From Macrostomum hystrix (Eukaryota; Animalia; Platyhelminthes), in assembly GCA_950097015.1 (NCBI GenBank), contig CATNEN010000025.1:8060001-8124000 (forward strand): a stretch of 64,000 bases of DNA, given 5' to 3'. The notes below the pieces were generated by a model. The model saw only the letters and a list, made by a program, of their open reading frames with translations, did not search any database and was not told the origin of the DNA. Positions 38,394-50,877 of the stretch are shown here, in pieces. A program made the translations under genes and the position numbers. Position 1 is the stretch's first letter. Each line of letters opens with the position of its first letter.

Positions 38394-41300
38394 AAATGCC
38401 GGCAAATCCCACGCAGTTGATTGCTGATCGGGTTGAGGTAAAAACGGATTGTTGCTAACGCCGGTGCTGGTTGCTGTAAAATGTGAGAAGAAAATTTTTT
38501 TTAACGCATGTTCAAGAAGGCGCTACTTGAGATCAACGTAATTCCCTGAAACTAACGATATTTCTAGAAATTAACGCTAGTTTAAGAAAAAAACAAAACT
38601 ACTTCAGGTAGTTCACGCCAGATTCTAGAAATTAAAGTACGCTATGGAAATCTAAAGATGTTCTAGAAATAAACGCATGTTAAAAAAGTAACGCATTTTC
38701 AAGAAAGTAACGCATATTTAAGAAAGTAACGCATATTTAAGAAAGTAAATTAAGTCTAATTAAGTACTGTAATTTTGAGGAAGTACCGTCCTTTCAGTAA
38801 TAAAAAGTAACGCATGTTCAAGAAAGTAACGCAATATAAGGAGAAAGTAGTGCATCATTCGGAAAGTTAGGATTGTTGTAGCAAAAGGCGGTAATCCAGG
38901 TCTCATATGGATGAGCAAGGCGGCGCCCAGCGCAAGCTTCATGGCTCAACGGCCAGCCAGTCGCGGATCAATTGATCAATGGACGGATGAACCTGGCCTG
39001 GCAGCGCGCGCGCGCACAAAACTGCGGCTTCTGGCCGGCGCGCTTTCACTAGAATCCCCCTATCTGCTCATCCCAGACTCCCCGTCTCTGGTCTCATTCT
39101 CTTTCACTTCCTCCTCCCTCCTCGCCTCCTGATCTTCTGCGTCGTCCTCTCGGCCAAAAACTATTTTTCTTTCTTGCTCTGCCCCCGCCTCCTACGGTCG
39201 TTTCTTTTCTCCCACTTCCCCTGGGGCTTATAGAGGCCGTGTGTGGGTGTGTGTGTGTGTGTGTAGGGGTTGTGTGTCTTTTCGCATGAATGACGCGGAG
39301 TGGGGTGGGCGGCCAGGTCAGCCCGGCGCAGGTTAACGCCTAGGAGAGAGTCGATAGCTTCTCAGTCCTCTCTACTCTAGTCCCTCCCTCATCTCTCTTC
39401 TATGCATCGTCTGTAGCCGAACTTATATTGTTTAAAAATGGCAGAATTCGCAACTAATTGTGCTTGTGTCAGCTTGCTCCCAAGCATCAATTCCTCACAG
39501 CTAAATTCCATTGAAATTTCGCGGTCGCATCTGATGCGCCGTTTTTTGCCATCTTCGCAGAATGAAACGAGAAGACAGTCTTTTTGCAGGTCCTGGGTCT
39601 GTGAATCAAGCTTTTGTGACATTTAAATAAATAAAAAACTAAATAAAGCACGTAGAAGAATCCGTGGATATTTCAGAAAGTAACGAACTACGTAAAAACT
39701 AACGAAAGTTCCAAAAACGGAATTTTGTAGCAAAGTAAAGACTTTTTAAGTACCGATTTCCACACAAAAAAGCAACGACACTTGGTTGGGGTAAGGACAA
39801 TAAAAACGAGAATATCGTCAATCGTAGAAATATATATATATATATATTGTAAAGAAGTAACGACCGGAAGAAAAACTAACGGCTTGTTTCGTACTAACGA
39901 ATTTCTTCGCTTGAGTATTAATAGACTATAGCAAAAAGTTTTGTTAAAATACAACAAAAAATCTTACCTGCGCCGCCTGCAGCGGTCGCCATAGCAACCA
40001 ATCCGGACGCTTCTCGCAGCGGCGGCAGGGCAACAATTGCCCACGGATCCAGCGAATCCCAGAACCGTCTGATGATGAAATTCGAAAAAATGCAACATTC
40101 GCTACTGCAAGTAATATGAAGCAGAATCAGAATTAAAATTTATTTGATGATCAAAAACGAACCCGAAGATGCGCAAGCGGCGACAGAAAACGGGCTGCAG
40201 TCCCAGGGCTCGAATGAGTCTGGAATGGTTTTTTTTCAAGCGTTGAATCTGCTAAGAAAAAAGTTCAGCACGAAAAAATCACCTTAAGGTAAGGAGGCAA
40301 TTCTGCCCATTTCGCTCACTCCTGAGCGCACACACACAGGTGTGTACATCTGCCCTGACTTTCTCATCGTCAGGCAGTGTACACATCTACGTCGTAATTG
40401 TGCCTTGGAGGTTGCCCCTCAAGGGCGGAAATTGCACGACAAGCCCCCAAGCCTTCTCTCCGTAGCTGCGCCCCAAATAAATGTGGCCTCGCCGCGAAAT
40501 CGAGCTCAGGGACCTTGGTGCGAGAGTCAAAAGCGTTAACCACTCTGCCAGTCATTCTCGCTCTTCAATAACATCAGTTACATCACTTACTTTCAATAAC
40601 ATCAGTTACTTTCAATAACATCAGTTACTTTCAATAACATCAGTTACTTTTAATAACATCAGTTACTTTCAATAACATCAGTTACTTTCAATAACATCAG
40701 TTACTTTCAATAACATCAGTTACTTTCAATAACATCAGTTACTTTCAATAACATCAGTTACTTTCAATAACAAACGTTACTTTTAAGAACATCTGTTACT
40801 TAAAAAACACACGTTACTTTTAAGAACATCCGTTACTTTTAAGAACATCCGTTACTTTTAAGAACATCCGTTACTTTTAAGAACATCCGTTACTTTTAAG
40901 AACATCCGTTACTTTTAAGAACATTCGTTACTTTTAAGAACATCCGTTACTTTTAAGAACATCCGTTACTTTTAAGAACATCCGTTACTTTCAAGAACAT
41001 CCGTTACTTTCAAGAACATCCGTTACTTAAGAGTGACAATCCAACTCACCAGAGCTCAAATCCGGTGGCTGCGGTGCTGCTTCTGTCTCGCAGTCGGCGA
41101 TCGCAGCCGCGGCGGCGCCACTGAATGCTGTCGAAGTCGATGCCGACGAGAATGCGGAATCAAACGCTGCCGAAGTATTGACCGCTGGCGCCGGCGTCGA
41201 CCAGGGATCTGGGGCGTTGGCAGGCGCTGCTGACAGCGACGCATCAATCTGACTCAGGTAGTCCGGCTGAGTTGATAACCATAGAGTGATATTTATGCTA

Positions 41301-42541
41301 CTGTTAGTAGTGTTGAAGAGAAAGCACTCTAAAGGCTAAATATCAGCCTTTTTATGTAACAATTAGAATACTTACTAGAGTTAGATTATTTCTAGTAAAT
41401 TACTCCAAGGTACAATTTCAGATTACTCTATAGGATAACAACAATAACAATAATAATTGCAGGAGGGCTGCGGGCAATGGCACATCATTTAGTGACACTA
41501 GACCCGCAGCCAGCGAGGAGGCAATTCTGCCCATTTCGCAGACTCCTGAGCACACACGCACACAGATACTGTACGCAGGCACACGCTCACACAGGTGTGT
41601 ACATCTGCCCTGACTTTCTTATCGTCAGACAGTGTACACCTTCACTGTGCCTTGGAGGTTGGCCCTCAAGGGCGTAAATTGCACGACAAGCCCCCAAAGC
41701 CTTCTCTCCGCGGCTGCGCCCCAAATAAATGTGGCCTCGCCGTGGAATCGAACTCAGGGATCTTGGTGCGAGAGGCAAACGCGTTAACCGCTCTGCCACC
41801 GACCCGCCTGAATCCACTGGAACAATCGGTAGTTTAGAAAGGCTCTTGTCTTGTAGCAGTGAGATTATCAGGGATTCTTGGCGAATCCATATTAGTTCAT
41901 TGCCGACATGGATACATTGATGAAATTTTGTGAGAAAAAGTCTTGCTTAAATCGGTGGTTTTTTACTACTCAAGACACACCGACGAGAATCGTTGAAAAT
42001 ATCGTTGGATAGAGCGGAAAATTTTAGCCCGTTTGTGAAATTAGCTTGTCAAACTGTCTAGAAATATAACCTTGAAAAATATAAAAGCCCTGGCTAACCT
42101 GTTGCCGATGCCTCTGCCGACCATGAGGTGTTCCACTGCTGAGGCGACGCTGAAAAAATTAATGAAAACAAATCAATAACAGAGCAGACGGATAGAGCCC
42201 CCCTAAAATCAATGTGGCCCCAATGCAGATTCGAGCTCGTGACCTCGGCGCGAGATTCAGATCCGCGAATATTTATAAATGATTAGGCATAAATGATTAG
42301 TAAAAGCATGCTAGGACAAGAAAATGCTTAGCAAAAGCACTTAATGGTTAAAAGGCTAAAACGCTAAAACATTGGCTAAAACACGACAAACACTTTAAAA
42401 GTAAAAAAAAAGAAATTAAAAGTCGCACAGGGTGACAAGACAAAGTGCAGAGGATTGATTAACGAGATGATTAAAAAGTTTAGGATCTAGTTCAAGCTGA
42501 ATTGTGAAATATCCTTAATTTAGAAGTTGTTTAATTTAATT

Positions 42542-42579
<38 letters not shown>

Positions 42580-44791
42580 ACTTGTTACTGTTCGTGTGGA
42601 TTTTTTTGTTTCTGTTTTTGTTTAGATAAAATAAAAGTTTCATAATCTACAAACATCCTGGTTCTACAATTCCCAATTTACACAGGCACAAAGTGATCAC
42701 TGATTAATATAGATGTGAACAGAAACACGCAGGACAGTTATAAAATGAGCCAATCGGGTTTCAAGCTGTGCAAAGCTGTGCAACTCACGCTGGCAAGCAG
42801 ACTTACACTGGCGGAATCTTGGCCGCCGCGACTAGCTACAGCAGCGGATCTGGCATTCAGGGGCGGCGGCATACGCAGCGGCGCTAATGCCTAAATAAAT
42901 AAATTATTATTACCATATTGCCGATTATTTTCGTCTACTGATTTCGGATTAATAAGTAGTATAGACTTAATGGGATAAAAAATATTTTATTCATTTTTTT
43001 CAACGAGATGGCAACCTACCTAGAAAGTGTCTCGGTGATATTTAAGCCTAACAGAAACAAGAATAATACTAATAGTTGCAGGGGGGTCCGTAGGCAATGC
43101 CACATTATTTGGTAAAACTAGACCCGAAGCCAGCGAGGAGGCAATTCTGCACATTTTGCTGACTCCTGAGCACACAGGTGTCTACACTAGTAGGTATGCC
43201 CTCAAAAATGTAAACTTCACGACAAGCCCCAAGCCGGCGGCTGGGCTACAAATGAATGTGGCCTCGCCGCGGAATCGAACTCAGGGACCTTGGTGCGAGA
43301 GGCAAACGCGTTAGACCACTCTACCACTGAACACCCGATATATACGAGTATATTGCAGCCTAGGATTTTTGGTTTATAGCCATGGCAGTTTATGTTTTTA
43401 ACAGCCTTGTGAGGAACTAATCCGGGATGGGATCTTTTTAAATTCCTCGCAAATTTTCTAGGGTGGGAATGTCGGGATCTTGTAGCCAAGCGGGGCAATC
43501 ATCTAGGGTGAATGCAAGTGCAAGAAAAAGCAGCTTAGCTCTATATTGAACAAATAAGTTATTTCGATAGAAAAAAATCACAATATAAAAATCAATAAAC
43601 TCTAGCTAATAGTAGTTAAAAGTAGCGCACTAAATCTAACAAATAAAATAAACAAGTTGACTAACAATAAGAGCTTCACCTCCTCTTCTAGCCGGCTGGC
43701 CTCCAGGACACTCTGCAAGCGCAGCTCCTCCCCTATTCGCTCCTCCTCTCGGCGTTGCCGCTCCAGATTGTATTCTTCGCGAGACACCTGCAAGGCGAGC
43801 TCCAGTTCTATATCGCCATCGATTGCGTAGTCTGTTGACGAAGGCTTCTGCTGCTGTTGCTGCTGCGGCTGTTGTTTGGGCGGCTGCAACGGTTGAATCG
43901 AGTCCTGCGATCGGCCACGCATGCGATTCTTAGCGTTGATTGCGCTGGCTCGTTCAGCTTTCAATCGATCGGCATCGTTTAGCAGGGCTATCAGCTTCCT
44001 AGCTTTGTCGCGCACGTACTGGCTTTGATCCCTGCGTGAGAAGAGGGGCGGGGAGTGAGGTGGCTGCGGATCGATGGCTAGGAGGAGCAGGGAGTGAGGT
44101 GGCTGCGGGTCGATGGCTAGGAGGGGCAGGGAGTGAGGTGACTGCGGATCGATGGCTAGGAGGAGCAGGGAGAGAGGTGGCTGCGGGTAGATGGCTAGGA
44201 GGGGCAGGGAGTGAGGTGGCTGCAGGTCTATGGCTAGGAGGAGCAGGGAGAGAGGTGGCTGCGGGTCGATGGCTAGGAGGGGCAGGGAGTGAGGTGGCTG
44301 CAGGTCTATGGCTAGGAGGAGCAGGGAGAGAGGTGGCTGCGGGTCGATGGCTAGGAGGGGCAGGGAGTGAGGTGGCTGTGGGATGACGCACCCACTGGCA
44401 AAGAGCAAAAGTGAGATTGAGAGAAGAGCAGTGAGGTGATTTAAGCTTACCTGTCTTCAGCAGGACACTCGAACGTTGTCAGCAATTGCAGTGCAGATGC
44501 ATTTTCACGACATTGCCAGGTAACCTTCTCGCTGCCAGTCTTAACAAGGTACTCCATCAGCACGAGGCCTTTGCACACATGGCGCCAGTGCTTTGATTTG
44601 TTAGCCAGCCGTTTCCACAGCATAGCCATAATCTCAGAGAATGCCTGGCTATTGTAGGTCATGTCTGATAGTTCAGACATTATTGCACCTGAGGGGCCCC
44701 ATGGATCATTGGAGGTGGCTTCGCGCACTTTTACCTGTGCCTCAGAGTAGTTGCATACAACATTCTTTAGGTTGCGCCTTAGAGTTGTCAT
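38328..44791 (-). CDS. EPN: Epsin (ENTH, two UIMs, DPW motifs, two NPF motifs); exons 44791-44451, 44031-43680, 42890-42807, 42149-42099, 41248-41050, candidate 40251-40163, 40068-39968, 38473-38328
   Basis: ENTH motifs NYSEAQVKVREATSNDPWGP, WKRL, WRHVCK and DQSQYVRDKARKLIALLNDADRLKAER. UIMs ELELALQVSREE and RLQSVLEASRLE. DPW in the 41248 and 40068 exons. The terminal exon reads SNNPFLP...QNYNNPFL*. The reading frame across the 40251 and 40068 exons is unresolved (an indel is present). Confidence 0.88.
38690..38830. repeat. Short 19 bp repeat (AAGAAAGTAACGCATATTT) in an epsin intron
   Basis: Several tandem or dispersed units. Confidence 0.7.
40293..40550 (-). mobile_element. tRNA-derived SINE family A, copy 1 (3' truncated)
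   Basis: Minus strand reads TGGCAGAGTGG (A box) ... GAGCTCGATTTC (B box); the body matches copies 2-4. Confidence 0.85.
40570..41028. repeat. Two abutting 19 bp minisatellites (TTACTTTCAATAACATCAG, then TTACTTTTAAGAACATCCG)
   Basis: Directly visible; the unit sequence switches near 40770. Confidence 0.93.
41436..41800 (-). mobile_element. tRNA-derived SINE family A, copy 2 (full length with TTA/TTG tail)
   Basis: B box GAGTTCGATTCC, shared body, and a 3' end ...CCCTCCTGCAATTATTATTGTTATTG on the minus strand. Confidence 0.88.
43062..43335 (-). mobile_element. tRNA-derived SINE family A, copy 3 (internal deletion)
   Basis: Head GGTAGAGTGGTCTAACGCG...GAGTTCGATTCC; same 3' end as copy 2; lacks the central hairpin segment. 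Confidence 0.85.
44055..44380. repeat. Minisatellite, 39 bp unit, filling epsin intron 1
   Basis: About 8 copies of ATGGCTAGGAGGAGCAGGGAGTGAGGTGGCTGCGGGTCG. Confidence 0.93.
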
Positions 44792-46520
44792 TGTCTGGGT
44801 AAACTAATTTTGCCTTAAAATTGTTCATGAATAATATTGTTTAACAGTTTATTGGAAGGCCGTCTGGAGTATATCTGTCTATCAGATGTTCAGATGGTTT
44901 TAAAAGACTGCAAAAAGTAAGGTAATCAGATTGTTGCTTTTGTGAAATCAACTTTTAGTTCATATATAAGTATTAATAACAAGTATTGGCAAACTTCTCA
45001 TTTGATAACTCGACATCCATTTAGCTTCGTTTTTTTAGATATGTAGCCATAATCCCTATATATTGTTGTCAGTTAAACAAAAAAATTTTGTTCTTTTTTT
45101 ACCATAGTCATTATTTCCTATAAACATGGCATGTAAAAAAGCCCATGTAGCAATAGTAGTAATACTAAAGGGATATATAGCTGAAAAAGCTGTAAACCCG
45201 ACAAAAACCAGAGGAATCTTATGATAAAATTGTTAATTATATTTATAATTAAACAGCACAATATTATTTTCAATAGCTAATTAGCTATATTATTTACAAC
45301 ATTTGCTATAGAGTAAAATTAGAAAGTAATAAAAATTAAAGAATATCAATTAGCTAGCTATATAGCTAGTAATAATATTAACTATAGCTAATAACTACTT
45401 TAGCAAGGTTGAAATTAAAATACACATTTCAGTGATATTCTAGACTTGACCTAAGCATAAGGACTGGAAGATACAGGAAGACTAAAAAGAGAAGCATTAA
45501 GTCATAAAGTATACACTAGCTTAATCATCTTTGCGAAGTAGAAGATAAAAGCAGAAGTCCTGTATGGCGTTGTGGCGCAGAAAAACCGCCTTTAAGCTTA
45601 TCTAAAATTCAGGTAATCATTTTTTAAATAATAGAATGTCATTTTTTATTAAGGTTTACAGGTAAATAATAAGAATTCGAAAAAGAATTTTGTAAAATAA
45701 AATGACGGTTACCTAATAGATAAAAACCGTAATCAATGAAGAATATGAACTAAGGTGTTAGGGCGCTAAGAGTTTAACACGAGGCTAAGAGAGAAAAATT
45801 AATTCTTGCAATTTACAAGTGCATTTTGTATGCGACTTTTAAAATAGTGCAGAAATTATGATTTCGCCGAAAACGAACTACGACTTCGAAATAATAAAAT
45901 AAAAGAGTTATAATTATTCTTTTAAAAATGAAAAGTCTTTTAGCTAAAGATCCTTGTTTGAAAAGACGGATTTTCGAGATTTTCTTAAAGTTTACATAAG
46001 CTAATCCTTGAACCCTCAGTGACTCTAGTTTTTTCAACTGCAAGACGTTAGCAGAATTTTTTAAATTCTCAATTTGGATGTCACGGACTTTGGATTATAT
46101 ATCGTCATCAAACTTGCTTGCATCGAAATGGAATCCCAAACAGGTAATATTTGATTATAGAGTTCTGCTAGCTAAAGCGATTCAGACATTGTGCATTTAA
46201 ATGACAAATTGTAAGGAACATGTGCTTAAAGTGCTTAGCTCTAGTGCTAAAAATCACTCTTCAATCTTGTGAAGGTTCTTCCAATAAATCTCAATGCAGT
46301 TGTTAATGAGCTCTTGCTGAAAATCTGTCTTCTCTGCTGTACCCTGTATGGTATATATCACTATTTCCTGTATCTGTTATTTTTCTAATTGATTCTAGAG
46401 GCAATTTTCTAATGCTTATGTTTAACGTGTTACATGAACTTAACTGCCTTGCATTTAGCTTTTAGTTAAGGATATAATCTATTTTAAGCTTTTTCTCACA
46501 CACACTTTTTTATTACTTAG

Positions 46521-46972
46521 AGCAACCGGATGAGCATAAGGAGCCACGTGTTCTGACTGATACTAGTCTGCTTAACCTAGGAAAGGCGGTGAAGCAGGGC
46601 GACATGAAGCTTTACATGCTGCTCAACATTCCAACAGTGGAGATTGTGCGACACAAGGTCAAGAACGATGAAATGAAGCTGCCGGAATACGGTAATTAAA
46701 CTGTGTTATGAATTTATCAGGCCGTTGAGAAACGTTAGCGTAATGATGAATAAAATTAGCAGAGATCAAATTCGTCTGATTGCAATATAGGCACGGCCCA
46801 GAAGCTACTTCTTTACTGGAAGCAGATGCGCAAAGGAGCCAAGGACAATGACGTCATTCGCGATCTGGACACCGCGCTGCGAGAGTCCGGCCAGGAGGAC
46901 ATTGCCGACATCGTCAGCGACAGAAACAGAATCGATCAAGAGATTGTGCCCGAGCTGTTTGTCTCCGCTTAA
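46521..46972 (+). CDS. Death-domain protein, last two exons (46521-46691, 46791-46972); 5' exon(s) not identified
   Basis: The spliced product (AG/GT, phase 1, 99 bp intron) reads ...LTDTSLLNLGKAV...LYMLLNIPTVEIVRHK...AQKLLLYWKQMRKGAKDNDVIRDLDTALRESGQEDIADIV...*. This fits the death-domain pattern LL..W...L..AL...D+A.+V. Confidence 0.7.
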
Positions 46973-47714
46973 GTCTGTAGACAACCATTTCAAGGGGCTT
47001 CCAAAAATCTACCTACTCACTGGTAAAAATGATAAATCAAATTTCAGTATTTCGCTCAATTTAGAATTACATGACCGGAAAAATGAAGGAAAAACTATTT
47101 TTATATTGCGCACTTGCCAAATTAACACTTATCAAAGTACATAAAATTGCAAAAAATCGAAACGCTTTCCATGTTTTATACCTGTAATCTAGACCTCTAA
47201 AAACACTTACGAGTATTAACAATCAACTGTCTATACTCAGTGATAATACGAGCTCGTATTAAGCAGCCAAAAACCAATATTGAACTTCTTACTACAAGTA
47301 CCGCGACGTAACGAACTTTTATATTAAAAAACTTTTTTTAGTTCCAATTGACATTTTTAACTACTGAGTCTCGGAAGAGATTTAGTAGTATTTAAGCGTT
47401 TATACAAACATACATTCATCTCAAGTGTTATCGTTGTTACTTTCTTGCTCAGATAGGTTTGGGATATTTAAGTAGCAGACTTTTAGAGAATCACATATTA
47501 CGAGTGTATTAGGCCAATGAGGTTTTCTAAGTAAACTAATTTTATTGAACAAATAGACGGCTAGGTTTTTGTTACGATTATCTTCTTAATAAGAGATCTG
47601 CCTTGGTAACGCGCTGCATTCGCTTACAAAATGTACTTTTAGGTTTGCTTTCATAGCGAGCAGAACCAGAAGTTTTGAAAAAAAGACAGAAGAGAATAGT
47701 AGCAAAATTAAACC

Positions 47715-48316
47715 TCCACCACGGGGCCGCCACTACCAGGGGGGCGCTACCACAGGGGCGCCACTACCACGCGGGCGCTACTAGGGAACACCACTAGCAC
47801 GGGGGCGCCACTTCTACGGGGCGCCACTAGCACGGGGGCGCCACTACCAGGGGGGCGCCTATACCACAGGGGCGCCACTAGCACGGGGGCACCACTACCA
47901 TGGGGGCGCCACTACCACGGGGACACCACTACCATGGGGGCGCCACTACCACGGGGGCGCCACTACCACGGGGGCGCCACTAGGGAACACCACAAGCACG
48001 GGGGCGCCACTACTACGGGGCGCCACTAGCACGGGGGCGCCACTACCAGGGGGGCGCCGATACCATGGGGGCGCCACTACCATGGGGGCGCCACTACCAC
48101 GGGGGCGCCACTACCACGGGGGCGCCACTAACACAGGGGCGCCACTAACACAGGGGCGCCACTACCATGGGGGTGCCACTAGGGAACACCACTAGCACGG
48201 GGGCGCCACTAGCACGGGGGCGCCACTACCAGGGGGGGCGCCACTACTACGGGCGCCACTAGCACGGGGGCGCCACTACCAGGGGGCGCCGATACCATGG
48301 GGGCGCCACTACCACG
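47715..48316. repeat. GC-rich minisatellite, ~17-18 bp unit (GGGGCGCCACTACCAC)
   Basis: Degenerate tandem array with a palindromic GGCGCC core. Confidence 0.92.
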
Positions 48317-49240
48317 TTAGTTGTCCTCGTCAACAAGGTCTCCGACAAGAATCGCTGAATATCTCGACGATGCTGACATCGGACGGCTTTGAAAGCTAGT
48401 TTATCGTAAAGGGCAAAAATGTTGATTCAGATGGTGGACTTTTAGCGTGGTCTTTCTACTGTCATCAACAACAACAGCATTCTATGTTGCCATTCTATGC
48501 CGCTATGGCAGCGGCAGCAGGCGTCACCAGCCGGGGTTCGTTTATGACGAATATCCGAAAAATGACATGACATAAATATTAAAAAATGACGAGTGTGTAT
48601 CCTTATGAGATTCATTTTGAATTAGCTCATGACACAGCAAAAATGACTGTTGCACTTTCATTTTGTCAAAAAGATCAGTTTCGTCCAATTCCAGCTGCAA
48701 CTCTCACGTCATATCTGCACTCATTATGATTTATCCGTGACATCGCCATTCATTGTTAATAACTTAATTAGACTATTCGTAAGAAATTTTTGTGAATAAA
48801 AAACCTTCTATACAGTCGGATTTTAACGAAATGATATTCTAGAGGTAACTCACAGAAAAAAATATTTAAAGCTATATAGAATGAAAGATAATTCTGTGCA
48901 TACATTTACAAAACTTGGCCTGTCAGGCTTCAACCCCTATAAAAAGCACAGCCGTCAGATTTGACACATTGTGCAGTCGTCATTTCTGTGCAAGAATACA
49001 TTTCGTCATAATTTAACGCCATTGAAAAGCACAGCCGTCAGATTTGACACATTGTGCAGTCGTCATTTCTGTGCAAGAATACACTTAGTCATGTATTAAC
49101 GCCGTTAGAAAGCTTGAAATAAAATAAATAAAAAAACATGTAGAAAATAGTTACTCAGACAGAGGCTCAAATTAATTTGCAACACAAAAGAATTGTTGCT
49201 TTCGAAGAAATGATATATTAAAGATTAAAGATATATTAAA

Positions 49241-50037
49241 ATTAAAGAACTGTGATTGAGATGACGCAAAAATTAGAGCTCAATACATGATGAAATATAA
49301 TGAAACATTAAAGAACTGTGATTGAGATGACGCAAAAATTAGAGCTCAATACATGATGAAATATAATGAAACATTAAAGAACTGTGATTGAGATGACGCA
49401 AAAATTAGAGCTCAATACATGATGAAATATAATGAAACATTAAAGAACTGTGATTGAGATGACGCAAAAATTAGAGCTCAATACATGATGAAATATAATG
49501 AAACATTAAAGAACTGTGATTGAGATGACGCAAAATTAGAGCTCAATACATGATGAAATATAATGAAACATTAAAGAACTGTGATTGAGATGACGCAAAA
49601 TTAGAGCTCAATACATGATGAAATATAATGAAACATTAAAGAACTGTGATTGAGATGACGCAAAATTAGAGCTCAATACATGATGAAATATAATGAAACA
49701 TTAAAGAACTGTGATTGAGATGACGCAAAAATTAGAGCTCAATACATGATGAAATATAATGAAACATTAAAGAACTGTGATTGAGATGACGCAAAATTAG
49801 AGCTCAATACATGATGAAATATAATGAAACATTAAAGAACTGTGATTGAGATGACGCAAAATTAGAGCTCAATACATGATGAAATATAATGAAACATTAA
49901 AGAACTGTGATTGAGATAACGCAAAAATTAGAGCTCAATACATGATGAAATATAATTAAACATTAAAGAACTGTGATTGAGATGACGCAAAAATTAGAGC
50001 TCAATACATGATGAAATATAATGAAACATTAAAGAAC
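49241..50037. repeat. 65-66 bp tandem repeat inside the YR element, ~12 copies
   Basis: ATTAAAGAACTGTGATTGAGATGACGCAAAAATTAGAGCTCAATACATGATGAAATATAATGAAAC units. Confidence 0.95.
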
Positions 50038-50877
50038 CAGTGAACGAGATTACGAAAAGCATTTGAGCCCGAAACGAAACGCCATTAGATACATTATGAA
50101 AAACGAAACGGAACGAAAGCAGTAAATTAGTAAATTATTAGCGATTGCTTGAACGATGTCAAGTAGGCTTTTCGTACTGTCGGTGCCGATTCCAGAACCA
50201 GAACCATTTTGTCAATTATAACTTTTCAGCACCTAGATGAGAAATAGTCGAGAGATATTCAGAAACTTTTGAGAAAGATTGACTATAATAATAAAAGTGG
50301 CTAAAAATCGTATAAAATCGAATCTTCTTGCTTTATCGTGTTATTAACAGTCATTAGTTATAACGCTATTTTTCTTGTATAATTCTGGTTCTGGAATCGC
50401 TTCGTGAAAAGCCTCATGAATGCTAGTGAATTTTTCTTAGAAGCCTTAGACAATTTTAGGTTCATTAACGTTGACTTATTGCTTTACACAGTCAGCGCTT
50501 AGGATTTTAGCTAATAGCTCGTATAATATCAAATATTTTATGCAACTTTGCTAGAAAAGTTTAGACGTTTAAAAAAATGTGTTAAACTCGCAAAAACAGA
50601 ACTTTTCGAACATAGAAAATTACGAGTATCTTGGTGATTGCAATCACGATCAATGGCACATGACAAAAAACGACACTACTTTTTTCTCCATTTTGAGCTT
50701 CTAATTTGGTAGTTAAATGATTAGCATGATTTTATGGATACAGCATGAGTGAAATTATGCTTGCTTTAGTTTGGAGTTTCTAATATTCCCTTTACTGTGC
50801 AAATAAGTACAGGAACCATTTTGACGATTCCAGAAGTGAAAAAATGTACTACAGGTTGAGTTATTGTTAAAAACAGA

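Noticed and set aside
40345-40385. Possible hammerhead ribozyme or SECIS in SINE family A (minus strand CTGACGA-TGA-GAAA-GTC)
   Set aside because: Only 3 nt separate CUGACGA and GAAA, so there is no stem II, and there is no stem III/NUH pairing. The bases form a simple hairpin, and SECIS helix geometry is also not met.
13469-43335. Functional tRNA genes at the SINE heads
   Set aside because: A and B boxes are present, but there is no complete acceptor stem or poly-T terminator, and the heads run into shared SINE bodies and tails.
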